A stretch of 64,000 nucleotides of DNA from Lingula anatina (GCA_051362555.1 CM120647.1:3968001-4032000), one strand, 5' to 3'. Shown: positions 47,603 to 61,050, counted from the first letter of the stretch. The notes: a model not told the origin generated them from the letters alone. Numbers and translations are program-made.

Positions 47603-50512
47603 TGTTGTGCAGATGAAACCACTTGTCTTGACTTTGAATGAAAAGAAATTAAAGAGCACACTGAAAGTTTACAGGTGTGGAGAAATGATTCAGTTTAAAG
47701 TACAAGTGTAAATGTTTGAAGTTGGGAAAACATGCTCTTCCTGTTGGGTGAGAAAAAAAAGCAATAAGGAAGAAAGATAGAACTGGTGTAGCTTGACACC
47801 ATTTTCATGTGCACATTCATTGAAGAAAAATCAGAATGAATACACCATGTGACTTCTTTGAAGACATTTAAATAAGGGTTATAGAAGAGAGGAAGAAATA
47901 ATATATTATTTTTATGTAAAAAAAAAAAACAAAAAAAAACTGGACTTTTATAGATGGACCCTCATGGCAAAGAAATCAATTTAAAAAATCATGAATATTA
48001 AAAAAAAATATTAACAAACTTTTCAGTAATGGATTGCAGCTGTGCATACTAACAAGATTGAAAAGATGTGATACTTTATAAAAAGTACATTTTTATTTTG
48101 CTGTTGTTATTTATATATTGCAATAATCGAAAAGTTTGCATGAGCTCAAAAGTAATAATAATGAGAACTTGGCAATTTTGTGGAAGAGAAATTGCTCAAA
48201 ACATGCAAAAGAACATTTAAAGGTGTGAATGCTTGGGTGATTTATTTGTTGTATTTTATTTTGTTATTTGTTAATAATTTTATATTTGTCTTTTGCTTTC
48301 TTGGCTCATTGTTGTACAAGATCAGATAGTGATGACTTTGTTGTGTATCTAATATTCCTGGAGAGAAAAAAAAAAAAAAACATGCAATGTGTCAATCCCT
48401 CCAAATGTACAGAGACAAATCAACCATTTACCATATTACGATTTTTATATTGAAGGCAGCAATTTGCTTTCTTGTTATTTTTATAAGTAAGTCTGAACTA
48501 TAAATACAACAGGTATGAAGTATAGTACAGAACTCATTATGTGATAACTGTCTCAGTATTTTATATAGCTAATAAATGGCATTCATCAATTTTTGTTGTT
48601 GTTGTTATAATTGATACGATGATAATGTTAACATTATTTCAGTCAATTATATTAATATTTTTTTCTGTCCCAAGAATATAATTAAAAGAAAATGTGACAG
48701 ATAAACAAACTGGGTTATTTTAAGTAAAAATGGTGAATAAAAAAATAAACCTTAAATTAATTAAATTTACTAGTATGTTATTTTAATTTGTGGTGCCACA
48801 TCTCACATTTTACACAAGGGGCGTACAAATGCTCCCTACACCAGTTTATTGGGGCAGACTTAAAGTTCTGTATCCACCAAAGCATATTTTTGACGATACG
48901 TGTGTTTCATAGCTTAGGCGATCTTAGATAAGAGACCGTAGCAAAAAGATTCACGTAGGTCATTAAAACGATCAACTACTAATTAACTTCAGTGGACCTG
49001 AGAAAACTTATTAGTTGGTTTAACTACCTTACCCTAGAAAAAATAAGTGGATTTTCACAGCGAATGAGAAACTGTCTATACTCCGCGACTAATGCAGAAA
49101 AATAATTATTCTCCAGCTAATTGTGTCTTTGCTGGCACTACAGGTAATACTAACGCGCTCTCTGTCTGCATATTTCCCGTATCCGTGTGATGATTGACGT
49201 TTGTTTACATAACTGCCAATCAATCTGCCCGTGCCTGACAGGCTCTATTAAAACTGAAGGAATTTGATTGACACCTTGTCAATCAAAGGTTGTAAGCGTT
49301 GGAGTCTTACGTACTCGGCAACTTTAGTAATTCTGTAAAATGATTGTGATTGACGTTTGTTTATAAAAACTGCCAATCAATTCATAGTCGTGTGCACTTT
49401 ACAGCTTCTGTCAAAGTTGATATAAACCGTAAAGATCTGATTGTCACCTGCAAATCACAAGATGCACTGCAAACCTGGTTAGGAACGAAACGGATTTTTT
49501 TTACAGTCCTATAAAAAAGTATTCCCGACAGATTGTCCCGTAGACTCTTAAACTTGTAACAACTAAAACACACGCCGATACACCCTCATGCTTACAACCT
49601 TATTCAAGTGGCAGATTAACCGAAACAATTTTTTATTTGCATTTGTATTATTAGACTAGTCCTCCTATTCCAAAATTACGCTTACCCGAGGAAAAAGCTC
49701 AACCCAAAGACTACATGTAAATTAACAGCGTAAAAATGAAATAATGAAAGTCACGGGTTCTATCACAGGCGTTAATACTGCAAAATGATAAAAAAAGAGA
49801 CTCATTATCAAATTGTTTATTTTCGGGAAAAAGGTATAAATTGGGCACTTAAACTTGCGATGTTTATTGGTTCACAATTTATTATTTGCAGTTCGTTCGT
49901 GCACAAGGGGTGGATTTTATTTCATCATATCCATGCCCTTGTACGCCAAAAGAATTCAAAACGACTTGTATAAAAAGTGTCGACATTTTTTTTTTTGCGA
50001 GCGCCTAATGCAACGTCGGATGAGAAAGCGATCTTAAAGGTCCAGTCATTTAGTAACTACACGTCTATAAAATGTGCTGACCAAGGTCGGTTCGTGCGAC
50101 GGGAGACCTATGCCCTTTAAATTGGTTTCGGAGGGGATACTTAAAAGACAATGTCTTTGTCAACAAATATTAAACTACTGATGCTCTCAAAAATAACATT
50201 CAGAGAATTACCCACAAAGTGTATAGCATTGTCATTACAAACTCAGTGTGAGAGTAGCCACAGTTATTCGGCGCATAGAAGCTTGGATGGAGCACATTAT
50301 AAACTACTGTGCTCGCAAAAGATGGTATTCGAGCAATAAACTTACGCCACACAAAACTTTCATGTCTGTAAGACAGAACTGTAAAAACGGTTAAATTTTC
50401 ATTTTGATAAAAAATGCTACTTTATCAAAAGTGGAAACACCTTTTTGGTTCACTCTATATGTTCATAAAGTATCATTACTTTGGTGGTTGACAGAAGTAA
50501 AAACTGCCCTTA

Positions 50513-50845
50513 AGCCTAGGTCCCAACTACGTTTTGGACGCACGTTTTTTTTGGTTCCTTACGTCCGGCTAGGACGTAGCTAGATCGCACGTAGCGGCTG
50601 TTGATCATGTTGAAAAGTTTCTACGCGCTGTTTACGTCCTCCAAAAGTCGCACGATGGACGTGCTCCTCACGCACGAACTCCCACGTTTTCCCATTGTTT
50701 TGGCCGTAGACCACACGTAGCAGCCCGTATGTTCGGTTAGGACCTAGGCTTTACTTGATTCCTTCCCTATGATCTAGCTACGTCCTAGACGGACGCAAGG
50801 AACCTAAAAACCGTGCGTCCAAAACGTAGTTGGGACCTAAAGGCT
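50513..50845. mobile_element. PIF/Harbinger-type MITE
   Basis: Imperfect TIRs of about 70 bp (agcctaggtcccaactacgttttggacgcacg... / ...cgtgcgtccaaaacgtagttgggacctaaaggct) with a TTA TSD on both sides. Confidence 0.8.
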
Positions 50846-53800
50846 TTACAGAGAGCATTCAGAACAGAGAACTAACAAATCCGTGGATCAAATATGGCGA
50901 CCCACTAGAGAGCTTGCGCTAAATTCCCGATAAAACACTGAATAGTTTCCCCGCGGGGACTACGCAACAAGCATTCAAGTGGGTCGGCCACATTTGACCC
51001 GCGAATCTGTTAATCTGCTGCTCCGAATGCGCTCTTTTGTCACAAACTGCAAAATGACTTACATGGCGGTCGGCCATCTTCATCAGTCGCTGGGCGACAC
51101 AGGTGGCGTTGTGGAAATATGCCATGTGAGTAATTTTACAGTTTGTGACAAGTGAATGGGACCTACTTCTCATCGAAATGCCCTAAATGTCTCGTGGGGC
51201 TGAACTGTTGGTCTGCTACTCTCAGCAACAGACGTGCACCCCCCCCCCCCCAGTGATGCAACACCCATTAATAAATATCATACATTGATGTAATGCATTA
51301 TGTCACGGCTAAAATAGCTTTTTTTTTATCAGCACTTTACATAAGAACCGACGCGTATCTATGAGGATTTTACACATACATCCATATTAAAAAAGTGTAA
51401 CTGCAAAACTGAGTTCAGGCAAAAATGTCAGATAATTTATTGAAAAATATTAAAAAATAATACCATGTCAGATTAATTAAGTGGTGGAAAAATGAAACAA
51501 AATTAAAAATATATTTTAAAAAATCAATATTTACAACAGTTTTTTCTTCTTGAGAATTTTAGATTTATTAAATTGCACCTAAACTGCTTCATACATGTAT
51601 ATTAAAAGACTCTAGTGCGCAGAAAGTCTGAAATAAAGGTGTTGCCAAATATTATGGGTCTTTTCAATGTCCCGATGACTAACTTGTCAATCGCTTTGAC
51701 AATCGCTATTTAGTAAAATTCGTTATTGTCTAGAATAAGATGCCAACGCCATTTATTGGGGATCAAGATCATTGTAACACATGTAATGCGAACTCTATCC
51801 AAAAGTGTGATTGAAAAGTGATACAATTCGATATTGTAAGAAATGCATGGTAAAAATGATATTTCTCTCGATGTTGCTCATTTGTTTATTTGATTGGGGT
51901 CAGCGGTCATCTAGTAAAACCTTTAATAAGAGACTCAAATGTTGCATGCAGCTTAAGTGTTGAGAACTAAATCAGTAATACTAATACATTTCATGCGTAT
52001 GATTTGGTTTTAATTTTATCTGAAAAGTGAATTAATAAGTTGAGAGAATTTTTTTCTTTCTTTGACAATTAGCGGTGATTTTGAATTCATCAAAGAGCAT
52101 CAAAATCAGCGGCGGATATAGAGGGGGGGGGGGGGTTCAAGGGGGTCATGCCCCCTCTCCATTCGGTTTCTGAAAATATCACACTAATAGTCATAGTAAA
52201 AAGAGGAATCTATGAAGGAATGCTCCGTGTCGGCTTCTCAAATAAGTGCTCGTGTACATGATGATGAGAAGTTTAGACGAAAAAAAAAATGCTGCGCTTT
52301 TTTTTCTTTAAATGATCTTAAAAACCTATACCTCGACCTTTATTTTCTCAACGGTTTCGTGTGAGACATGGGGTTCAAGATCAAATAGGCAAAGTTTCAG
52401 AGAAAGGCCTATTTAGGCGTCTAAATCGGAAAGACACCCTTTAACAATGTTGATGATAATATGTTTGCAGACTCTTTGCATGTTTGCAGACTGCGCGTTA
52501 TGAAATACATATGTAAGGCTCACGGCCTGTTGATTGTTATGTCAGATTAATACATGCACAGCCCAACTGTCCCTCCCTGTGAGAAAGTAGAATGTTTTCA
52601 TTTGATCATTGCATTACTTTACTTAAGTTTGTGTGGGTACGTGGTAACACCGCCGTCTTATACACAGACACAGATAGACTAGGGCTCGAAGCCCAACATT
52701 TTCAGAGCTTCTTTTTGCTCGAAATAATTCCTAAAATTTGCGTTTGATTACTACAAGAGAAAACTCGTGGGTAGGATCGGTGGACGCAGTCGGTTTCGTG
52801 CATGGTTACAATAAGAATTTACCAAACCGTCAGCATGTCACGAGTTCAAGTCCCACATAACGCACGTCTGTTCACCACAACAAGAAGCTGTCCCCGCAGT
52901 CGACAACGAATGCAGGTTTTCGTGTGTCCGAACAAAGTACCTTTTGCATAAAAATCCGGTATAGTTTAGAATAAGTGATCGGTTTTGACAACAAATTATT
53001 GCTCGACATTATCATAAAGTCTGCGTCGTCAATTAAATTTATTTCACCTCTTTAAAGTCATTAAAATGATACTTAGGCGGGGATGGTCATTGATATCTAT
53101 CCTTTACCAACTACGCAACAGATCAAAATTAAATTGAGTCAATACCTTACACGGCATGGCGTCATGCGTCATGAAAAAAAGCTATCATACATTTTGCTTT
53201 TTTATGTCCCCCTCATTTGGCTGTGCATATTATATTCATACAGTACCCAGTGCAACTCCACAGTGGACGTTTCAAATGGCAGACTACTCACCACTAAAAA
53301 CCGTCAATTTGTGAACCGCTTTAGCGTCACAAACGTAAACTATGTGTAAAACAAAATGAAAATAACAGCATTTAAATATTACGTAATATCTAGCTATAAC
53401 GTAAGATTGCCACCTAGATGGCTGAGTTTTGGGTGTGAAAGTGAGTGCCCCAAACTCTCACCAAAAGCCTGCAGTAGTAACTAGTCTACGCTAAGTCACA
53501 ATAATATGTGGAAGCACTGAAGAAGATATTGAAAGGACGGACCCAGCCTCTCATACTTTTATTTTTTATCGTAATAGCATAGAAGCCTTTAATTAATTAA
53601 TTTTTTAATTAAAAAAAAAAATCTCGAGAGCTCGAATGCCCTGCTTCATTCATTAGTATGATATCACATAAATCATAAATTGTACTGCTTAAATGCATAA
53701 TTCATATTACTAATAAAGAGTTGTGGTTGTGTTTATACAAAAAATATAATACAGTTACAGGTATGTATGCAACAGTGTTATATAAAACTATTAAAAGGAA

Positions 53801-54583
53801 TGATAGGTCTGCGTATGACATACAAAAGTCCACATTAAATACATCTACATAGTAAACGGCTTATAAAATGGTAGTAAATCGCATGCTGCTGTTAATCGTA
53901 ATATCCGGATATCGTGAGAGAGGGACAACCATTGATTGGTGCCCTCTGTAATAATTTCTTCAGATATTATTCCTATAAACATTTTTTCCCAATTAATAGA
54001 TTAATTAAGGTTGCCAGGCTGGATTCATTGGTAAGTATGAGGAAATTGTCGTTTACTCCCGGCCATAAGGGCCTACGTTTCATGGCACTTTTCCCGCCAA
54101 AAGGAAGAGTTATCATCTCTTTAATGTGTCGAATGCATGGCAACGCAAGAATTATATTCATGAATGTATGGATGGTCTTCAGGCAATTGAACGTGGATGA
54201 CCAAAGACGGTGAAGCGATTACCTAACCAAAAGATACGGCCATTATAGAGACAAGAAAATCAAAGGGCAGCCTCTTGTGGATATATTCCTGTCCTTCTGC
54301 CTTTTAAATGAAGGATTATCTCTGAAGTAGCCCTGGATTTAGATTTAGAACAATGATATCGGGATATTTCGCCATTTTCAGCAAAATTTGTTGAACTTTT
54401 CACCTCTGCTTGTAAAGAAGGTATGGTTCTCTTATTAGTTTGTTTGTCTGTAAGTGACATTATGCCAAATATTGTAGCCAGATTTGATGGCATCTCAGAA
54501 ATGGGCTAATTTAAAAGTAATTAGATTGTGGTGAACGTCCCTTAATTAACTATTGGCTAATTATTAGTTAATTATTTGTTTAA

Positions 54584-54920
54584 AGGGATAATAACTCTTC
54601 GTTTCGGCCAAAAAATGAATTTTCCTGGAGTAAACAATGATTTTCCCATACTTACCAATGGTTAATGAATCCATTTTTACATTCAAAGTTAGTCCCTGGT
54701 TTTTTTCTAAAAAGTTTGTTTTTTTGTTAAAATCTCTTAAGAGATTTTAACAGAGTATAGCCATCAATGGAGGTCACGTGGTCTGAAGACAAGCTCAAAT
54801 ATCAGAATAATAGCTATAACTGCTGTTTTTGTGGTAAAACAGAATATATTATATTTCTATGAGTTATTCACAATGTTTTTATTATGAAATATAGATCTCA
54901 TACGAAGAGTTATTATCCCT
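54584..54920. mobile_element. Kolobok-type MITE
   Basis: TTAA|agggataataactcttcgt ... acgaagagttattatccct|TTAA: perfect 19-bp TIRs, TTAA TSD, internal gtcacgtg. Confidence 0.8.
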
Positions 54921-55171
54921 TTAAGCGAAACTCTGTGTTCTTTGAGTGCTTTCAAAGGCTTAAGAGCTATTTGTTTATATGATTCACCAGTAATAACTTC
55001 GAAATTGTACATAATTTCTTAGTCGTAATTTCTTAGTCTACTCAGTTTGTCCCATGCTTATGTCTCCTTTTGTCTTCTTTTTTCTAACCATATTATGACT
55101 TCAGGATTCTACTGCTCATTTCCAGATGAACAAAGGTGAACTAAATAAAGACAAGGTCAACTGAAACCAAA

Positions 55172-56754
55172 ATGAGTCATCAGTGGATTCTGTTGATTGT
55201 GTTAGTTGTGCTGTTGGTTGTGACCAACATTGTGTGGCTAGGGAAAAAGCGTCTGCTACCGCATAAAAGTAAGCTTCTACTGCCAATGACAAATAGATAT
55301 GATAAGGTGAAAAAGAAACTATGATGGTGTCGATAATAGCATGCATGCGCGTTTGTGTGTGTGTGTGTGTACGTGCGTGCGTGCACGTGGCTCCGATATT
55401 GCGCGTGTGTTACAATCGAGATTCAGATTTAAAAATCCGCATGAAAATGCACCTATACCAAGCAGTTGCTCGCCTAATAGTTATCCTCCGCCAGGGGTCT
55501 CTGAAGGTTGTTACAAAATTGGTAGAAAGTTTTAATCTTTTGTTGTCACAACCCAAAGAGACTTCTGGCGGCGGATAGCTAATTGTGAGCTTAAGGTCCT
55601 ATGTATAGAATTTACTCGATAAAATTGATTTTCCTCAAGATAAAAAAGCAGTTTAACCAGGGGCGGATTTAGGCCGTCTTCTGGGTCTTCCGGAAAACAG
55701 TCAGATTTTCAAGTTTACATTGACGGGTATCTAATTTTTTCTGTCGGAAGACGGTCAAAAATAGAGGATGGATCAACAAATATAATTTGGAAGACTCTCA
55801 GAAAATATCTCTGGATCCGCCCCTGAGTTTCTCCTGCCTTGTTCGATCTGACCATAGTTGGTGATGGTTTATAGAACAAAACTACTCAAAGTAAAGGGGT
55901 GCTTTGATCATTGTCTAAATCACAATGTATTTTTTTTCTTTTCTCTTCTTTTCAGATTTCAAGTCAGGCACCAAGCCGAAGTACGCAAGAGCTGCACTGA
56001 AAATAAACAATTTCACAATCGTCACAGGCGCGGATCACAGGTTCTTTTCCCCGGCTCTCGTCAACCACGTGGGTGCCCTCTGTTTCTGGGAACCAACGCT
56101 CAAGGTCGTGGTGTGGGATTTGGGCCTCACTGTCGAAGAAGTGAAGACCGTGAAAAGCTGGCCCAGCGTGACCTACAGGAAGTTCTCCTTTGAAAGCTAC
56201 CCCCCTCATCTGCGCAACCTGCACACGTACGCCTTTAAACCCGTCATTATCAAGCAGATGGTGGATGAATTGGGGGCAGTGCTCTGGGTGGACGCTGGCA
56301 GCCACGTCAGTGGAAGAAGCATTAGGCAAACTATGACGTCTCTTTTTCAAAAAGACGGCTATATATATGTCGGCGTGTGGGGGGATGGTGAAGTTACAAA
56401 ATGGACACATCCTGGAACATTTCCAAAGAACCCTACGTAGGAAAGCAGTCGATTGCTGGAGGTTTGAACGGCTGGCTAAGACAAGGGGACATCTACGAGA
56501 ACGTACTGATTCCATGGGTAGACTGCGCGCTACATCGAGATTGTATCTCCCCCGCGGGGTCCAGCTTGAGTAACCATAGATACGACCAATCGGCCCTCTC
56601 GTTGCTAGGATACAGTTACATGTTCAAGTATGGTAGAACTGTACATCTTCATACTGAGCTTGTGGATGTCGTGAAGGAATCGAGGGGAAGCGTTAAAACG
56701 TATATGAAGACTATGAAGTATGCGGAGGGGTGTCTTCGTAACAGAACGTCCTAA
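55172..56754 (+). pseudogene. DUF1647-like (putative GT-A glycosyltransferase) type II membrane protein gene with a frameshift at about 56415-56425
   Basis: Exon 55172-55268 (MSHQWILLIVLVVLLVVTNIVWLG, signal anchor, phase 1) splices to an exon starting at 55956. Motifs VVWDLGL, YAFKPVII, VLWVDAG and WTHP lie in one frame; PWVDCALHRDCISPAGSSLSNHRYDQSALS lies in the -1 frame. Confidence 0.8.
55658..55825 (+). mobile_element. About 168-bp CAGGGGCGGAT-terminal MITE in the DUF1647-like gene intron
   Basis: caggggcggat...atccgcccctg perfect TIR; near-identical to 27840-28008. Confidence 0.85.
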
Positions 56755-57369
56755 ATGACAGAAATGAAAAAATAAGTGCCATACGTGTTCCATCCTACCT
56801 CTGAAACCGTTTCTCAGAAAGTTACAAGGAACTCCTTTAACAAACAGAAGAAATAAAGTTTAAGTACAAGGATGATGTTTAGAGATAACATTAAGTTCTT
56901 ATGACATGCGATCACAGGGCTGTAGCCGGCAATTTCATTTTTTTTTTCTGAAAAAAAAAAAAAAAAAAGAATCTTATATTGAAACAAGGTGTTCATTTTA
57001 AAAGTCTACATTTATATCAAATTATGGTACAGGGTCGACTTTTTCCCAGCCAAAAGGACGGTTCTTTTGACCCCCCCCCCCCCCCTTCCACGGCCATATG
57101 TCTATTCGTGCCTGACTCATCATTTCTCTTGCATGAATGTGTGCATAATATAGTTGAACATAACTGGATAATCGTGACAGCGCTAAAATGACTTCAAAGC
57201 CATAAGGTGAAACACGCACGTCATCTTCTGTAATGTATCTGTACCTTTTAATAATTCAAATCTTGTATAACAAATGCTAAATGGTAGGGCAGCGTATTTG
57301 TCTAATACAGCGCCTTTATTTTATTCATTATCATTAACCTTGGAAAATAAAGCCATGCCTCGTGGTTAT

Positions 57370-57497
57370 CCTCTACCAGGGCCACAGATTGATTTTCACA
57401 AGATATTCACACATATGTCTTTAGATAAATAGACGGTCATCTGGTTCTCTGTCAATGTGGAAAATGTGCCTATAACATCTGCCACCCTGGTAGAGGG
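57370..57497. mobile_element. About 125-bp MITE (cctctaccaggg...ccctggtagagg); related copies at about 58886-59010 and 22080-22171
   Basis: Terminal inverted repeats and the shared internal sequence acagattgattttc. Confidence 0.7.
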
Positions 57498-58440
57498 TAT
57501 ACTGCGGTGGTCGCTGAAGTTTAAATCAGGGACGATAATTACCCAAGGGACGATATTTAGAAAATCAGGGACGATAATTACCCAAGGGCACAGGATTGGT
57601 TTTTATTGTTAAAGAGCACAGGTCTCAAACTACTGCGCATGCGCGAAAAGTACTCTGTTTGAAATAACAAATGGCGAAATTGACAAAGCCTGCCGGTTTT
57701 TACCGTCTGGTTGTTTTGATTTAATTTGCTTTCTGGTGTTGTTTTGAGAAATTAAATTAGAAATATTCTGTTGATTGTATGTTTTTAAAAGTAAATCCAT
57801 CGGACTTTCTTTTGATTAACATTTATTTTGCCGTCGTTGTAAGGGGGATTCCCTTCGCATTTATAGTGTTATATGTGGTCCCAAGGGGATTTTCGAACCC
57901 TCCCCCACTCATTATTAATAAAATTCTTCATCGGGAGGAATAATTAAATAAAGAATTATATTGCAAAATACATTGCAAAATACATTGAAAATCGAGGTAT
58001 ACTGCGGTGGTCGCTGAAGTTTAATAGAAAATCAGGGACGATAATTGCCCAAGGGCACAGGATTGGTTTTTATTGTTAAAGAGCACAGGTCTCAAACTAC
58101 TGCGCATGCGCGAAAAGTACTCTGTTTGAAATAACAAATGGCGAAATTGACAAAGCCTGCCGGTTTTTACCGTCTGGTTGTTTTGATTTAATTTGCTTTC
58201 TGGTGTTGTTTTGAGAAATTAAATTAGAAATATTCTGTTGATTGTATGTTTTTAAAAGTAAATCCATCGGACTTTCCTTTGATTAACATTTATTTTGCCG
58301 TCATTGTAAGGGGGATTCCCTTCGCATTTATAGTGTTATATGTGGCCCCAAGGGGATTTTCGAACCCTCCCCCACTCATTATTAATAAAATTCTTCATCG
58401 GGAGGAATAAAAATTATATTGCAAAATACATTGAAAATCG
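57497..58440 (+). repeat. Recent near-identical tandem duplication (500-bp period)
   Basis: gtatactgcggtggtcgctgaagttta at 57497 and 57997; both units contain tgcgcatgcgc and aaatggcg. Confidence 0.95.
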
Positions 58441-58544
58441 TAGGAAGGTTAACTGCAGACAATGCTGCGAGGACATTCTTAACAGGGGGCGAACTTGGCC
58501 AATATAACATTTTAAACTTCGTTTTACGATTTTGGAGCGCCTAT

Positions 58545-58775
58545 TCTAATTATTGCAAGCAAGGCAATGGAACCAAACAATGCGATACAATTTGTAATCT
58601 CGTAAAAATTGCTATTTTTAAATAAAGGTCATAGCATGGAGTACATCGATATGCGACTTGTTTATTATTATCCTGATCTTTAATAATAATTAATATAAAA
58701 CAGGCGATATAATACGTTCTTAGCGTTAGCCTATTTATTAGCTTAATTGATTTTTTTTAGTATTTGTAGAGTAAA
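58545..58775 (+). repeat. Dispersed repeat homologous to about 1-260
   Basis: aggcaatggaaccaaaca..tttgtaatctcgt..atttttaaata..tcatagca is shared. Confidence 0.75.
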
Positions 58776-59450
58776 AACACAAAAGTTGTCTGGTTTCATA
58801 TCGAGGCACCCCGTTTCGTTCGTGTGCTTAGTTAAAGTTAAGCCAAACCTCGTATGGGACGACGTTATTCTCAATGTTACCGTTCCCTCTACCAAGGCGA
58901 CAGATTGATTTTCAAAAGATATCCACAGATATGTCTTTGGATAAATAGACAGTCATTTGATTCTCTGCCATATTGAAAATTTGCCAAAATATCTGCCATC
59001 CTGTTAGAAGTTACGGTTACCGTACTGGACCGTACGGGAGTGTTTTATTTTCACCTTAATCTAAACTTTAATGGGTTTATATTTCCCTTTTTAGAGTTCT
59101 GACATTTAAGAAAGTTTTTGATGTATATTTTATTTAAATAGATATAATAAGAATAATTAAAGAAAGTGCTGTGTCACTCATTCATAAGGCTGGTTATACC
59201 GTCAAAAAATACATGTGGAGGAGTGTATAAATAAAGATCCGGATGTTAGAGTGAGTCAGTCATCATGTGTGTGCTGAAAATAGCAACTGTGGCATCGGGG
59301 AAAAAAAACAAACTCATAAATTAAATGAAACCAGTTGGAAAAGTACATATGGAACGCTAGTTGGCTGGCAGGCAAGCGGCAAGCATCGGAGAGGACAAGA
59401 CAAACGTAAGGTAAGTGTGAAATTACTGTTTTTTTATGACCCACTGGGCC

Positions 59451-59513
<63 letters not shown>

Positions 59514-59668
59514 ATTCTCCCTCCCTCTCTCTCTCTCTCTCTGCGTGCGTGCGCGTGTGTGTGTGTCAACGTTTGCGCTGTAACTTGTATATGCAACCCA
59601 TCCTAATGAGAATTTGGAACCATTGACTTAAATATTAAATTTATTACAGTACAACTATACAGAAAAAC

Positions 59669-60331
59669 ATGGCACATGTGGAAGACCCGCCGTCGCACTC
59701 GTACGTCAACTCGGAAGTCTTAACAAAAAGAGAAAATCCAGGTAAACATTTAGTTGCAAATATAACAAATGAGTTATCCGTAAATAATAATGTCAGCAAT
59801 ACTAGGAACAATACAGCCCTTGTGCAAGTCAGTTAAAACAACAGTGACGCATGAATAAAAAAAAATGCCTCAGTGTACATGACCAACTAATATGAAAGGT
59901 GAGATATTAGTGCGGAGATGTGTTGGATGACGTGCGTTGAATACTAGATTCGTAACGAAGCAAGACTAGAGAAGCTCTATTTAGTGTAAAGAAATCATCT
60001 ATTATTTTGGGTTTAAGGCCCTAAATCACCCAACCACTCTTTCACTAATCACTTTATTCAGTGACCATTCGGTTTCTTACATACATGTGTAGTCATAATT
60101 TTTTGAGTTTATGTTGAAATGGGGGTCACGTGTGGTGATGAAACATTCATGATGGCGTTTTAGCAACGTTCTTACACGGCAAAAATTCTGAGGTATTTTT
60201 AGAAATATATAGGGAATTTTGTAGTAGCCACGAGTGTGGTAAGGCACATATAGCGCCTTTACTACCGTTATATCCGTGTTATATATCAGTAATCACGTAC
60301 GGACAAAATGGAAACCCCCCTCTGTCTCCCC

Positions 60332-60372
<41 letters not shown>

Positions 60373-60911
60373 CGTCTCTCTCTCTCTCCCCGTCTCTCTC
60401 TCCCTCTCTCTCTTGTCAAATTTTTTATATATAATTTCATTACAGTGCTTCTAGTAGCAGCGGACATCATAGTCTATAGTAATTGTTGTTTAGATTAGTA
60501 ATCATTTAAAGACAAACACGGTTGTTTTTTCAGAAAAGCCACCCCAAACAAGTTTAAACGGTACAGAAGCGGGCAGAGAAACAGGAAACAGGAACTACAC
60601 AAATACGGTCCATTATTTAGATACAGAATCTTTCTATACGCCACTGAATCCTGAAACAAGTCCGAGTCGTCCTACGTACGACTATGTGGACCCGAGTGGA
60701 TCAAACCCGATTCTAACAGAGAACGAGCGGTTTCCGTCCACAAAGAAAACGCCAGATCCTATAATGCGGTCTCTTATACAGGAAAGGTGTCGTCTGCGGA
60801 CTGCGGTTGTCGTTTGCTGCCTAGTGACACTTACTGTCGCTGTCGGATTTATCTTTGTAACAAGCCACACATGTACATGCACAAATCGATCGTCTACACA
60901 ACTTTTACTGG
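59669..60911 (+). CDS. 5' coding exons of a type II single-pass membrane protein with a tyrosine-motif-rich cytoplasmic tail; ectodomain exons not found in this window
   Basis: TATAAATA at about 59226. Non-coding exon ending AAG|GTAAGT at 59410. Coding exons 59669-59741 (phase 1) and 60534-60911 (phase 1-1, open) give MAHVEDPPSHSYVNSEV...SFYTPLNPETSPSRPTYDYV...RLRTAVVVCCLVTLTVAVGFIFV (TM). Confidence 0.7.
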
Positions 60912-61050
60912 GTGAGTTGTGTTCTTGTCCCTACCAAACTTATGCGTACAGTATATTCCAAGTAGGTCTACGTATAAGTTTCTTATGTTTTTTATTCAAT
61001 ACGCAGTTGTAAACTTAAATTTTGAAAGTTTTCGATTACATTGACTTTAA

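Noticed and set aside
55964-56515. 183-aa minus-strand ORF
   Set aside because: Antisense to the DUF1647-like exon, which has the recognisable motifs and splice signals.
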